Shown here in pieces: positions 35,501 to 46,185 of a stretch of DNA of 64,000 nucleotides. Positions within the stretch are counted from its first letter, which is position 1; the number at the start of each line of letters is the position of its first letter. Below the pieces are notes generated by a model. That model saw nothing but the letters and a program-made list of their open reading frames with translations, was not told the origin of the DNA and did not search any database. The position numbers and the translations under genes were made by a program. This stretch comes from Phaeosaccion multiseriatum (lineage: Eukaryota > Protista > Ochrophyta, other classes), in contig OZ218952.1 of the NCBI GenBank assembly GCA_965112735.1, forward strand, positions 3,038,001-3,102,000. The letters are read 5' to 3'.

Positions 35501-35746
35501 AGGTCGTCCCGGGGCCGGTCGACAGGGGCGCCAGTGAGTTACAGAGATTTGCACATCGGCAAGAAGAGGAGGAGGGGAGGGACAGTGTGTGTGGTGTGCA
35601 GGCAGGACGTCACAGAGGAGCGTCCACACATGCTGCTATGTGATACTGACGCGTGTGGTGGAGAGTATCACCTCGGCTGTCTGACGCCTCCTCTCACTGA
35701 GGTACCTGGGGGGGATTGGTTTTGTCCGGCGTGCCGCGAAGGGTAG
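32597..35746 (+). pseudogene. Disrupted transposase-like gene: NHL-like beta-propeller, catalytic-Glu region, BAH-like segment, acidic linker, PHD finger
   Basis: Exon 32597-34117, phase-0 intron 34118-34268 (GTGAGT...CTGCAG), then exon from 34269 (LLTLNVETSFTQYRNGGGGNTNIPDVLQ). A frameshift near 34560 and an in-frame TGA at 34664-34666 follow, after which the frame is open into the PHD ORF ending at 35746. Confidence 0.68.
35588..35734 (+). other. PHD finger (C4HC3) coding segment
   Basis: CVVC...MLLCDTDACGGEYHLGCLTPPLTEVPGGDWFCPAC, a canonical PHD signature. Confidence 0.93.
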
Positions 35747-35952
35747 GCTAGTAGGTTGGCGCGCGCGAAAGAACTCTGAACTCTCCATTATAAAATGTAT
35801 ACATGACGTATATATATATATATATATATACTATTTTTTTATTATTTGTATACTATTTTGCGGTCCCAGCCACACACGATGGGCACTCAGGGCTGGGCAT
35901 CAGTCCCTCTTTCCCTCAGTCACCCCTAACCTGGAACCGAAGAGCTGGGTCA

Positions 35953-36097
35953 GGTTCCAGGTTCTGGCCGGCGTCAGCCGGTCAGGTTCCAGGTTCTGGC
36001 CGGCGCCAGCCGGCCGGGTTCCAGGTTCTGGCCGGCGTCAGCCGGCCGGGTTCCAGGTTCTGGCCGGCGTCAGCCGGCCAGGTTCCAGGTTCTGGCC
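35953..36097 (+). repeat. Right subterminal array: 4 full + 1 partial 32-bp units, same orientation as the left array
   Basis: Same unit with GCCA/GTCA loop variants and a 32-bp period. One inverted half-unit AACCTGGAACC lies at 35928-35938. Confidence 0.95.
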
Positions 36098-36175
36098 AGG
36101 GTCGCCTCAGAACCTTGTCACGGGCCGAGAACCTGTCCAAGCTCCACCACATATCGCCGGCGCCAGCCGGCTATC

Positions 36176-36226
36176 TGCTATCGGCCGGCGGCCGATAGCA
36201 TGCTATCGAGAATGTGGTCGATAGCA
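36176..36226. other. Two abutting perfect hairpins sharing TGCTATCG/CGATAGCA arms
   Basis: TGCTATCGGCC-GGC-GGCCGATAGCA (36176-36200) is followed directly by TGCTATCGA-GAATGTGG-TCGATAGCA (36201-36226). Confidence 0.85.
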
Positions 36227-36410
36227 AGTCAGGGGTCGAAAGAGTGGCCCACATGGTATCCTTTGAAGCATCTGACGCGGGAGGACCTAGCTGAACTGGA
36301 GCTAAGGAGGGAGATCGACTTTACTGATGGACACTTGGACTTGCGGATCGACATTCGGTTCAGATCTGAAGCTACTAATATGCCAGAGATGAGCAAGAGG
36401 TGGGCGTGGT

Positions 36411-38066
36411 TTATGCCAAAAAGTCGGCGTCAGAAGGCACGTGCGAGCCAAACGCCGAGATGCCCTTTCTCGGCCGATCTCTGCTTCTGCCCCTGCTCCT
36501 GCTCTTGCTCCTGCCCTTGCTCCTTCTACGCGAGCTACGCGCGGCCTTGTTGCCTCCATCCTTTCCCTCCCCCTGCTGGTCCTTGTACGGCTGCTGCGAA
36601 GTCCGCTGATTGCTGCTACCTCCATCTCGGGAGCTTGCTGCTGGGGAAGGCGGCTCCGTCAGACGGCCTCTGCCACCACCACCACCACCGCAGCCATCGT
36701 CGGGCGAGGGGGAAGGTGAGGCGAGAGGAGAGGAGCGGTCCCGTTCGGCCTCTTCGCAGGTGATCCGCTCGAGGCGGACGGCGGGTTGCTTGACTCGAGC
36801 CTTCCTGTCAAGCGCCACTGCCTCCAGGGCCCGCGCTTGCGCCTCACACCCAAACCCCGCCTGACAGGACATCCAAACGGCCTCAAAAATATCGGCCAAA
36901 CTGTCTACAAAGAACTGCCAGGACGTCTTGGGACTCAGCATGTTCTGTAAGCGTCCCTTCTCCGTGGGCTTGAGAGAGCTGTCGTCTGCCCCCCACTCCA
37001 CGAGGTGCGGGACAAGATCATTGTGATCCCGAGTAATGGCGTGGTACAGCGCGGTGCAGCCTTTCCCATCAGCCTCATTCACGTCCACCCCATGCCGCGT
37101 CAGCAGCATCTGCAGAATGTCGGCTTGACCAGTCCTCGCAGCCACGTGCAAAGGTGTCCGCCCGTCAGCGTCTTGGCTGTTGCAGCTCGCGCCTGCCTTG
37201 AGCAGGAGGGCCAAGCAGTCGAGAGCTCCGTATTCCGCTGCCTTGTGGGACGCCTGCTGACCTCGCCCCGTCCTCAATGACCAATCCGCCCCGACCTCGA
37301 GCAAAGCCGCCACCACCTCTGGGCTCCGATTGACGCACGCCCAATGCAAGGCGGTGAAGCCCGAGGCGCCCGTGAGGTTAATTCCCTCCACTCCCCTTCC
37401 CCTGCTGTGCGTCTCCATCCCGACAAGAATCTCCTCGCAAACGACGAGGGGGGCGTCTGCGATTGCGGCCAGTACCAAGGCAGGGTGGCCCTCTCTGTTC
37501 GGTAGCAGCGGGTTGGCGCCCGCCTCGAGCAGTGTCTGGATGATGTCGATGTTCCCGTGCGTTACAGCGAGGTGGAGCGGAGTGTCACCATCAGTATTTC
37601 TCGCATCTAAGTCCAAAAAGCGTCCCGACCGGATCAAGGCACGTAGGCTGTCGCCAGAAGCAGCACAGGCAGTGTAGTGCAGCTCCGTGTTCCCAGCCGC
37701 GTCCACGGGAGGAGTGTGCTCCTCCCCGGCTGAGGCTTGTCGGCGCTCGTGACCAGCCTCGCCGCCAGACGCACCTCTTGGCGAACCATTGGCAGACCTT
37801 GGTGACGACAAACGAATCCTGCCGTACACGTTGGGCATAACCACCATCTCTCCACGAGCTACCGGGGAAGGCACGCTGTCATCATCAACAGGAGAGCGTG
37901 GTGACTCTTCCAAACTTGTCCATCTTCTTCTCCTCCGTTCGGGATCGATACTCTCCAGTCTCTCTCGTACACCAGGAGGAGGAGAGAAAGGCCCAGCTCG
38001 CAGCTTTCGATCGCTCTCTAGGATGACCGCCTCCCCCCCCGAACTTCCCCCGCTGCCGTCAGCCAT
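36411..38066 (-). CDS. Ankyrin-repeat protein (single exon, about 7 repeats)
   Basis: GNTELHY, GDTPLHLAV, GHPALVLAA, GFTALHWAC, ASHKAA, GRTPLHVAA and GCTALYHA repeats in a 551-aa ORF. Confidence 0.9.
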   Translation of the reverse strand: MADGSGGSSGGEAVILESDRKLRAGPFSPPPGVRERLESIDPERRRRRWTSLEESPRSPVDDDSVPSPVARGEMVVMPNVYGRIRLSSPRSANGSPRGASGGEAGHERRQASAGEEHTPPVDAAGNTELHYTACAASGDSLRALIRSGRFLDLDARNTDGDTPLHLAVTHGNIDIIQTLLEAGANPLLPNREGHPALVLAAIADAPLVVCEEILVGMETHSRGRGVEGINLTGASGFTALHWACVNRSPEVVAALLEVGADWSLRTGRGQQASHKAAEYGALDCLALLLKAGASCNSQDADGRTPLHVAARTGQADILQMLLTRHGVDVNEADGKGCTALYHAITRDHNDLVPHLVEWGADDSSLKPTEKGRLQNMLSPKTSWQFFVDSLADIFEAVWMSCQAGFGCEAQARALEAVALDRKARVKQPAVRLERITCEEAERDRSSPLASPSPSPDDGCGGGGGGRGRLTEPPSPAASSRDGGSSNQRTSQQPYKDQQGEGKDGGNKAARSSRRRSKGRSKSRSRGRSRDRPRKGISAFGSHVPSDADFLA

Positions 38067-38341
38067 TTCTCCGAGTATATTGCTCTGCTGCGGGGCTGTA
38101 CCCTCACTCTACGAAGTAGTCTTCCAAGGCAACACAATGACACATGATAAGACCTATACCATGAATTAAACCCAGCTTACACAAAGCTAAGAGGAGGAGG
38201 GGAGGGAGGAAGTCGGGGGAACAAGGTGGGACGGGTCGGGCTGTTAAAGGATCCGTTTGAGTTTCCGTTTCTGGATATCGTTTCTCTCTGCTCTAAAAAA
38301 ACCTTTCGACGCAGCTTTTTTTTTTTTACATGCTAGAAGCG

Positions 38342-39582
38342 ATGAAGGCCCCAGCGTGTTTGCTCTTGGTCGTGGCAGCGATCTCCGCTGGAAGTGGAGC
38401 TGCCTTCGTGGCCCCCGGCCTTGGAGGGCAGAGGGTGTGCAGTGCGAGCACTAGTAGGGGCAGGAGCGTGGACAGCTCAGGCAGCGTTTTATTTGCAGGA
38501 TTCGGTGCCGCAAAGGAGAAGAAGACGTCAGTGATTGGGACTGGGCTTGGGCCCTACAAGAAGCAGGTAACCCCTCCCCCCCCCCCCCCCCCGACGCATT
38601 TTGCTGTTGTTGGTGGGTCTCACTGCAATGCTCCTACTCACCGCCCCCTTCTTCACAACTCGCAACCGCTCCACATCCATCTGAGCAGACCAAAAACTTT
38701 CTCAACCTTGTCAAAGGCGGACGAGACAAGGTGTGCGTGAAGTTTGTGGCCACGCGAGGAGTGGACAAGGAATGGTTGAAAATAGGAGAGGTAGGTGATC
38801 TGGTGTGAGAGGGATTTAGATGCCTCAACCTCACCCATTCTCCCCCCATCTGTCTGTCCTTCTTCCATCATCAGGTTGGCGCCCCGGATGAGGCCACGAT
38901 ACCCGCAGCTGTGCAGGTGCGCACCTACTTTCCATCCTGCTGTCCATGGCAGCTGTCCCTCCCATGACCCGTAATTTATCTTCTCCTTGTACCGTACCCC
39001 CTCTTCGCCTGTGCAGGGCCAGAAGAAACTGCTTATCGAGTACGCGAAGGAACTGTACCCGGAGCTCCTGCTGGAAAAGGTCATCGAGGTTGGGGTGGGG
39101 GAGGACGAGGAGAACTTCACGGTCAGCCCAAAGGTGCGGGGGGCAGAGGGTAGAGGAACACGAGACAGAACCTACCAGCCCTTTTTAGAGGGTAGCACAC
39201 TCAGGGGAGCAAGGGTAGCGCAAGAAAAGGAGGATATCCGATTCAGTTCACGCCCCTCCTACGCTGCTGCTGCTCCTACTGAAGTAAAACAGTCCTCCAA
39301 GTACTGTTGCCATTTGAGATTCTGGAGTGTGAGCATCCCCATATCTAACCCTCCTCTGTTATCTTCCGCAATACGCAACTCGCTCCTCGCCCACCCCACC
39401 CTGCCCCGCCCCACCCCGCCCGACAGGTTGAGTACAAGGGCGAGCTCGTGGGTGTGAACCTCGACAAGAGGGCGTCAGGGTCCTTCTACGGCATGGACAA
39501 GGGAAGTAGCGCGGGGATGCCTGGGGATGGAGTTAAGGCGGACTCCATAGCGAAGGGAGGCGAGAAGAGAACAGGCTTGTGA
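38342..39582 (+). CDS. Plastid-targeted protein, HHL1-like (5 exons)
   Basis: Signal peptide followed by an A|F motif (MKAPACLLLVVAAISAGSGAAFVAP), typical of ochrophyte plastid leaders. Spliced core EWLKIGEVGAPDEATIPAAVQGQKKLLIEYAKELYPELL..IEVG; stop TGA at 39580-39582. Family call is from memory; alternative ATG at 38330. Confidence 0.6.
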
Positions 39583-39958
39583 GCAGGGAGGGACACAATC
39601 ATCACATCATCATGATTGATTCTGACAGAAACTTTTGTTGAGACCAGAGGCGAGACTGACTGGGTTGTGCTGTTCAGACGATGGCTCTGCTTTGTTGCTC
39701 AGGGATATCCCACTCACTCACTTGCTCCCTCTCCCACACTTTTGGATCGGGCAGCAGGCAAGTGAGGCATAGTTTGGAAGTTTTTTAAGTACATAAGATT
39801 TTAGAGCGTTTCGGTGGTCGGCCTTTCCACCAAACGCCTCGGCCATATCCTATCCATCCATCTCTGGCCTACCGACCCGAGCTAACCAAGTCAGTTTGGT
39901 CGGTCTGAATTGCCTGCTGCTTCGCTTCCTCCCTCCTCCTTCCTCCTGGACTCCCGCC

Positions 39959-40744
39959 CTAGGCACTCGCAGACTGGATGAGCGTAATGGCGTCTCCCTT
40001 GAGTAGCGTTCTGCCCAAGTGCGTGCGCTTGTCTGTCTTGATCTCCACCTCCTCCGCGTCCTCTAGCACCAGGTTCATGTATTCGTCAAAGCCCAGGATG
40101 ACGCCCTCCATACGTAATGTAGTGTTCTCGTACAGCCAGATCTGCACTCGTGTTCTCTGTAGCCAGGGACGCGAGAGGGCGTGGTTACCAGCAGCAGCAG
40201 TAGTAGTAGTAGTAGTAGGAGGAGGAGGAGGAGGAGGAGGAAGAGTAGCAGTAGGAGCAGCAGCAGGGATGGTGAGAGTTGGTCGAGACAGCGAAGCGAG
40301 AAAGTATCATATGCAGGTCCCCAAGGATAGTTTTCAGAACACAACTATATCTCTTCTACTTGTGTTCACCTCCCCGTCCCCTCTCTTTCTCCTCGCTCTG
40401 CCAGGTCGGTCGGTGGTGGCAGGTCGGAACAGTAGCGAAATAAGTCCCATGCAGGCAGAGGCCTCCAAAGAGATCGAGAACCCTACCTATGCTACTTTCT
40501 TGCCTATCCCTTCTGCTCCTAATCTCCCCCGGGCCCCTCCCTTTCCCTATCGCTGTGCCAAATCAATCGGTTGCCCACCCTGCCTCACCCCCCACCGCGT
40601 CTCCCCTCCATCTTGCTCCCACTCCTCACTTACTTTTTGCAAGAAGCGGAAGATTAAACTAATTGGCTGAGTCATGACCTTCTTTACCTTCCCGCCCCCC
40701 ATGCCCCCGCCCGGCCCACCCCGGAAGCCTCCCCGACCCGACAT
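39959..40744 (-). CDS. SNRPE: Small nuclear ribonucleoprotein Sm-E (exons 40744-40634, 40156-39959)
   Basis: [19 protein letters not shown]|[37 protein letters not shown]...[14 protein letters not shown]. Confidence 0.95.
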
Positions 40745-41030
40745 CTTGCTCGCTTCTCCTCCAAGAGCAAGGCCTTTTCTCCTTCTTTGCCGGCTGCGGG
40801 CTCGTTTCCTCCTCCTTTTCCTTTTCCTCCTCCTCCTCCTTCCCCTCTCCTTAGTCAAACAGTAGCAGGGGGGGGCAAAGACTGCTGATATCTCCCTCAA
40901 TTGTCGGTCGCCGCCAGAGGTGAAGATCCAATTGAGATTTTCCCGGGGGGAGGGGGGTTGAAGCACCAACACGGGAAGAAGCGCCCCACGGGTTTTCTTC
41001 TCCTTTTTCTCCTTTTTATATCTCTTGTCT

Positions 41031-42178
41031 ATGCTCTTGCTCTTGAGTGCTGTACGCCGAGGAGTGTCTGCGAGCCCAGCGTGTGCCCCTTGTAATTTTT
41101 TCCAGCCGCGCAGGTTCGCAATAACCCAAAGAGTAGCTATGACTGGCGGGCCTTTGCAGCAGAGCATGGAAGCCAAGCTCCGGGCCACGCTGTCCCCTGT
41201 ACACCTCGAGGTGGGCGTGTGTAGGGCGAAATGCATTGGGGAGTGCGGGAGGGAGGGAGGAAGGTCGGGAGAAGGCTATGGGTAGGGAGGGGTAGAGGTC
41301 GAGAGGGAGTTAGAAGGACCTTGGGTCCCTCCCTTGCCTCTTTTCCTTTTCAGCCCTACGGCCTAACCGCGACTCCGCCAGCCCCATGCCACGCCCCCGA
41401 GTGTTTAGTTCTCGACGCGCATGTTCCTCTTCGATGCTTTCGTTTCTAATGTCTCGACACCTTTACGTGATACCACACACACAGATCATCAACGAAAGCA
41501 GTCTCCACAATACGCCAGAAGGGGCGGAGAGCCACTTCAAAGTCATTGTGGTCTCAGAGGCGTTTACATCCAAGGCGCTCATCGCTCGCCACCGCATGGT
41601 GAACGCCGCCCTCGCGGACGACTTGGAGAGGGAGGTAAGAGCTCGTGGGGAGGGAGACACGGCTCGCACATAGGGAGAAGACACGGCGGCTGTGGGGGCT
41701 AAGAGCTCGTACGTAGGGAGGATAGCAGGAGTAGTGCACGCCATCGAACACATCAGTCAAGGGGATGGTAGCCGCGAGGGCGTCTTCCTAGCCTGATTTC
41801 GATGCAGACATCCAGATCGACACTTCTCCCTGGCTCGCAAGCCTCTTGCCACATGCTGCGGCTTGTCTGGAGGCCTACAAGGCTTGAAGAAAGAGCTGCT
41901 CTTTCACGGTCCATTCCATTCTCTCTGCGCCTCCTTAATCACTGTAATACCCCGGTCTCTCCTCCTCGCCCCCCCCGCCCCACCGCCCTCTGTGGGGCTA
42001 CGTTTGGCGGCCGTAGGGAGGAATCCACGCGTTGAGCATGACGACCAAGACTCCTGAGCAATGGGAGGCCTCCGGAGGCAAGGTGGATCCCTCTCCCAAG
42101 TGTGCGGGAGGCATGAAGCGAGAAGCGGAGGCCAAGGCAGCTGCAGAGGCTGCAGCAGCCAAAGCGGACAGTGCATGA
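41031..42178 (+). CDS. BOLA1: BolA-family protein (BOLA1-like), probably mitochondrial (3 exons)
   Basis: MEAKLRATLSPVHLE|IINESSLHNTPEGAESHFKVIVVSEAF..KALIARHRMVNAAL|GIHALSMTTKTPEQW...SPKCAGG; Arg/Ser-rich N-terminal leader. Confidence 0.88.
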
Positions 42179-42439
42179 GGAAGTGCGCCCTGGGCCATTG
42201 AAAGCAACCTGACGGGAGGGGAGAAAGGACAACCCTGACCTGATCGAAGTGAGTTGGGACGTGGGACTTGAGTGGCTGCTGCTCGTAGTGGCGTTGAGAG
42301 ACAAGACTGACCTGACTTGATTTGACTGCACACACTTGTCATCATCGGCCGGAAACGACACAGCAGCCACACACGCAGCGAGCGACACATGCCAGTAGCG
42401 AGCATCATCACGTTTGGGCCCGGTCGGTGTGTGTGTGTG

Positions 42440-42477
<38 letters not shown>

Positions 42478-43399
42478 ATCTTGGAAGCCGCCCACCTGCG
42501 GTGCACTCGGCGCTTCCCAAGCTTTAGAAACACTGTCTATCTTCGATGTCGTGTTGTCTTGGAGGATGCTTGGTGCCATGTACTTGGCCCGTGCAGCCCA
42601 TTCCATAGCAGCTACAGAGGGCGGGTGCAGCATCCAGTTTGCATGTACCTTGTAGAAGCGTATAGTAGGACGACCGTCTAACCACACACCACACTCTGCT
42701 CCATGTAGTAGGGCGACCCACCAACCACACGCCGCACTTACATTCACCCTGTCACTCTGCGGTGCGGGTTGTGGAGCACCCTTGCGAGAGGGCTGAGGGT
42801 TGAGGGGTCAACCCGGGAGGGAGGGCGCGCATTTTGTTTTTGCCCTGAAGAAAGCAGATTTGAGACTGGCAAAAAGTCGTCGCAATCGTGTAAGCGGATA
42901 TAATACATAAATGTAAGTACAAGTCAAACGTGGCAGAGGAGGTGGTGGTGCCATCGCATCGCTGCCAACTGTGGGAAGGATTGCGCCCACAGAAGGACCA
43001 GTTCAACCCCACCGGGCCGCACACTCGGGGGGTCTGGAATCCTGCGGGTGGGTTCCCCTTCCCCATAAGGGGAAACACATCCTACACCGAGGAGAGCTCG
43101 CTCCGGGCGATGAGGCAGCCCTCCAAACGACTTGGGTGGAGAAATGATCCCATCCCCTTCTTCCTCTGCTGCTGATACTGTTGCACTTGCTCCTCTTAAC
43201 CCCGGTGGGGGTGCTGCTGCTGCGCTTGCTCCTCGCTGCCGATGGTCAAAAGACTGAATCATCGTCGCAACGTCCGTCCGCTCCATAGCTCCACTCCACA
43301 GTCCCCAATTCCGCCCTTGGAGACGAGAACCATGGCCTCCCCACCGTCTCGCTCAGCCCTTGGGAACCCTCCCCGAACAGTCCCGGAACAGTCACCAAA

Positions 43400-44165
43400 T
43401 CAGCCCTCGGGAACGGGGACCATTGTCTCTCCGTTATCGGCCAAGACCTTGAGCACATGAGCTCGCATGTCAAGCTCCCAAGGTGAATCAAGCAGGGCTT
43501 TGGAGCTCCCTGCCCCTCCCTCTTCCCCTCCACCGTACTCCCTCGGCAACTGGGCTTCATCAATTCGTTGCATCAACTCCTTCTTTACTTTTCCTTCCAC
43601 GCACACCCGTATCTTGGCCCGCTGCGTCTCATTCAGCAGCGGTTTCACCAGCGCAAAGACAATGTTGAACCAACGTGGGACGTTGATGATGTAAATGCAC
43701 TCACTCCTTGCCGGGTAGTGCGTAGACATCATTGTCACTGCTCTGATGATGAAGGCTTTCACGTCGGCGCTAATTGAAGTGAGGGCCACTCCTTTCATAT
43801 CCATGACAGAGCATGTGCGATCCTCGTCTCTGGGGTTAATGACTCTCCACAGGTACTCCATCTGAGAGGGGCAAGGGTGTGGGTGTGGGTGTGGGGGGGG
43901 GGGGTGTATGTGTATGTATGTGTGTGTGCGCGTGCGTGTGTGTGTGCGTATATGTATGTATGCGTATGTGTGTGAGCGCGTATTGGAGGGTGTGTATGTG
44001 CATCAGTCAGGGCCATTCGCATACCACATGGCGGGTGGGAGAAAGAAGCCCGACGGAACGGCTTTCCTCTGCCACTTGGCCGCCACTGCTCCTCTCGACG
44101 TAACGTTCACCCCCCCCCCCCTCCCGCACACACGCACCATACACAACAACAACAACAACAACAAT

Positions 44166-44226
<61 letters not shown>

Positions 44227-46130
44227 CACACAACAACACCACACACAACAACGTCGTATTGTACCGTACGTACCTGATACATATAGTGATGGACGAGTTG
44301 GTCCTCGCTCACTTCCAGCTTCCGGAGCGACTCAATGTCGATCTTCCCAAGCTGCTCATAGTAGATGACCGCACCCCCCCGGTCTCGACCAAAGAAGGCC
44401 GTGGGGTAGTGCATCTTGATAACGTCGAAGAGGGGGTGGGGCTTCTGAAGTACTTCGTCGGCTCGAACCTCTGCCCGCCATTGGAGGGTGTCGCGCCACC
44501 GTTGTATGGCCTTTCCCTACGCAAGGAGAGGAAGGAGAGGAAGGAGAGGATGGAGAGGATGGAGAGGAAGGACAGAGGAGGAGGGGTTGTTGTTGGGGGG
44601 AGTAATGGCGGCGGGCGGGGGAGGGGCATATACATACATATGGAGAGTGAGTGAGAGAGAAGGAGGGAGGGAGAGAGAGAGGAAGGGAAGGAGGGAGCGA
44701 GGGAGGGAGGAAGGGAGGGAGGGAGAGAGAGAGAGTTGAGATGAGGAGGGCAGACGTATCACCGCTTTCTGATACTCATGGTCATGGCATTTCGTGTGGG
44801 CTTCCCGGGCTCAAGGAGGGTTCCACAGGGAGCGAAGACTGACGAAAGAAAGGCAGAAGTAGCAGCAGCAGCAGCAGCACCCACAGCAGCTGGTGGTACA
44901 TCAGCAGTTTGGTGATAGAGCATAGAGCATACAGCACATAGCACGACAACCCACGAGTAGCGAGTGGCCCAGTTGCCGCACCTCATCTCCATCCTCTGCA
45001 ATGAGGAAAGTGCCCGGCAGGGGAGGAATGTCCTCTGCAGGTTCCTCCACGTAGGCTTTTTGGGCAGCCGCAAAGCCTTGCTCCAGACGGATGAGCTTCA
45101 CGGCGTATCTGTCTCTGAAAGGAGCGGCGCCTCCGATCTGGGGCAGGAAGAGGAAGAGGAAGAGAGGAAGAGATGTTGCCGTGATGAGAGCGAGAGGAAG
45201 AGGAAGAGATGTTGCCGTGATGAGGGCGAGAGGAAGAGGAAGAGATGTTGACGTTATGAGAGCGAGAGGGAGAGGAAGAGAGGAAGAGATGTTGCCGTGA
45301 TGAGAGCGAGAGGAAGAGGGGCGGAGAGGGGCTGAGAGGGGAGAGAGAGAGAAGTGGGGAAGGGGGGGAGAGAGAGGGAGAGAGACCGGGGCGCCAGAAG
45401 CGTGTCCTGGACTATACCAAGGTTGGGAAGGAAAGGAAACAACAGACGTATCCCAAGGGTGGAGATGGACCTTGGAGAAGGGGAAGGGAAAGAAAGTACA
45501 CACGAACAACTCACCACCTCGGGCTGGAAGACGGCTCTGCAGTACACGAGGGCCACGACAAGAAGCAGGCTGTGAATGACCATCTGTGTGTGGACGGACG
45601 GGCGAATGGAGGGAAGGTGAGCCAAAAGGGAGACGAAGAGGAGGAGGAGGAGGAGGAGGAGGAGGAGGAGGAGGAGGAGGAGGAGGAGGAGGAGGAGGAG
45701 GAGGAGGAGGAGGAGGCGGCGGCGGCGGAGGAGGAGGAGGAGGAGGAGGAGGAGGAGGAGGAGGAAGGGAAAGGAAGAGAGGGGGTGTTAGAGTCTGCAT
45801 GAGAGAGGCGAGTCCGGCGAAGGCAAGGAAGGCCCTGTTCGATGAGAAAGAGAGAGAGAGAGCTCATGTACAAGAGAGAGTCCACAGCACTGCGGGAGAG
45901 TAGTCACTCACTCACTCACGCACACAATCACTTATTCATTCACTCCCTCACCGCCACACACAAGAGCTTCTCTCTCACCTCCCACACGAGCGATCCGAGT
46001 CCGGAGCCGAGAGGGAGCAGCTTGGTCATTTGCACAGCGCAACAAAACAGGAAGCTTCATTGCGAGCAAGCGAGGCGAGCAAGAGAGGACGTATGAGGTC
46101 AGAAACAACAGCAACAGCAGCCGCAGCAGT

Positions 46131-46185
<55 letters not shown>

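Larger units (their letters stand above)
31331..36128 (+). mobile_element. Putative DNA transposon, 4798 bp, with 21-bp TIRs, 6-bp TSD and subterminal arrays; carries an RLE nuclease ORF and an NHL/transposase/PHD gene
   Basis: Left TIR TCGGCCCCTGACAAGGTTCTG (31331-31351) vs reverse complement of the right end TCGGCCCGTGACAAGGTTCTG (36108-36128), 20/21 identical. GAACCT lies immediately outside both ends (31325-31330, 36129-36134). The same 32-bp arrays lie inside both ends, and the internal ORFs are unrelated to the host genes. Confidence 0.85.

Noticed and set aside
31352-36097. CRISPR array interpretation of the 32-bp palindromic repeats
   Set aside because: Units are head-to-tail with no unique spacers, there are no cas-like genes, and the context is eukaryotic.
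31331-36128. Polinton/Maverick or LTR retrotransposon
   Set aside because: The 6-bp TSD fits Polintons, but there is no polB, integrase, ATPase or capsid, and the element and TIRs are far too short. The direct repeats are tandem arrays, not TG...CA LTRs, and there is no gag or RT.
36200-36763. 187-aa + strand ORF next to the element
   Set aside because: Mostly antisense to the ankyrin CDS, with no recognisable domain.
42380-43290. Minus-strand ORFs downstream of the SEC14 stop
   Set aside because: No recognisable family and no convincing exon chain; may be UTR or a small unknown gene.
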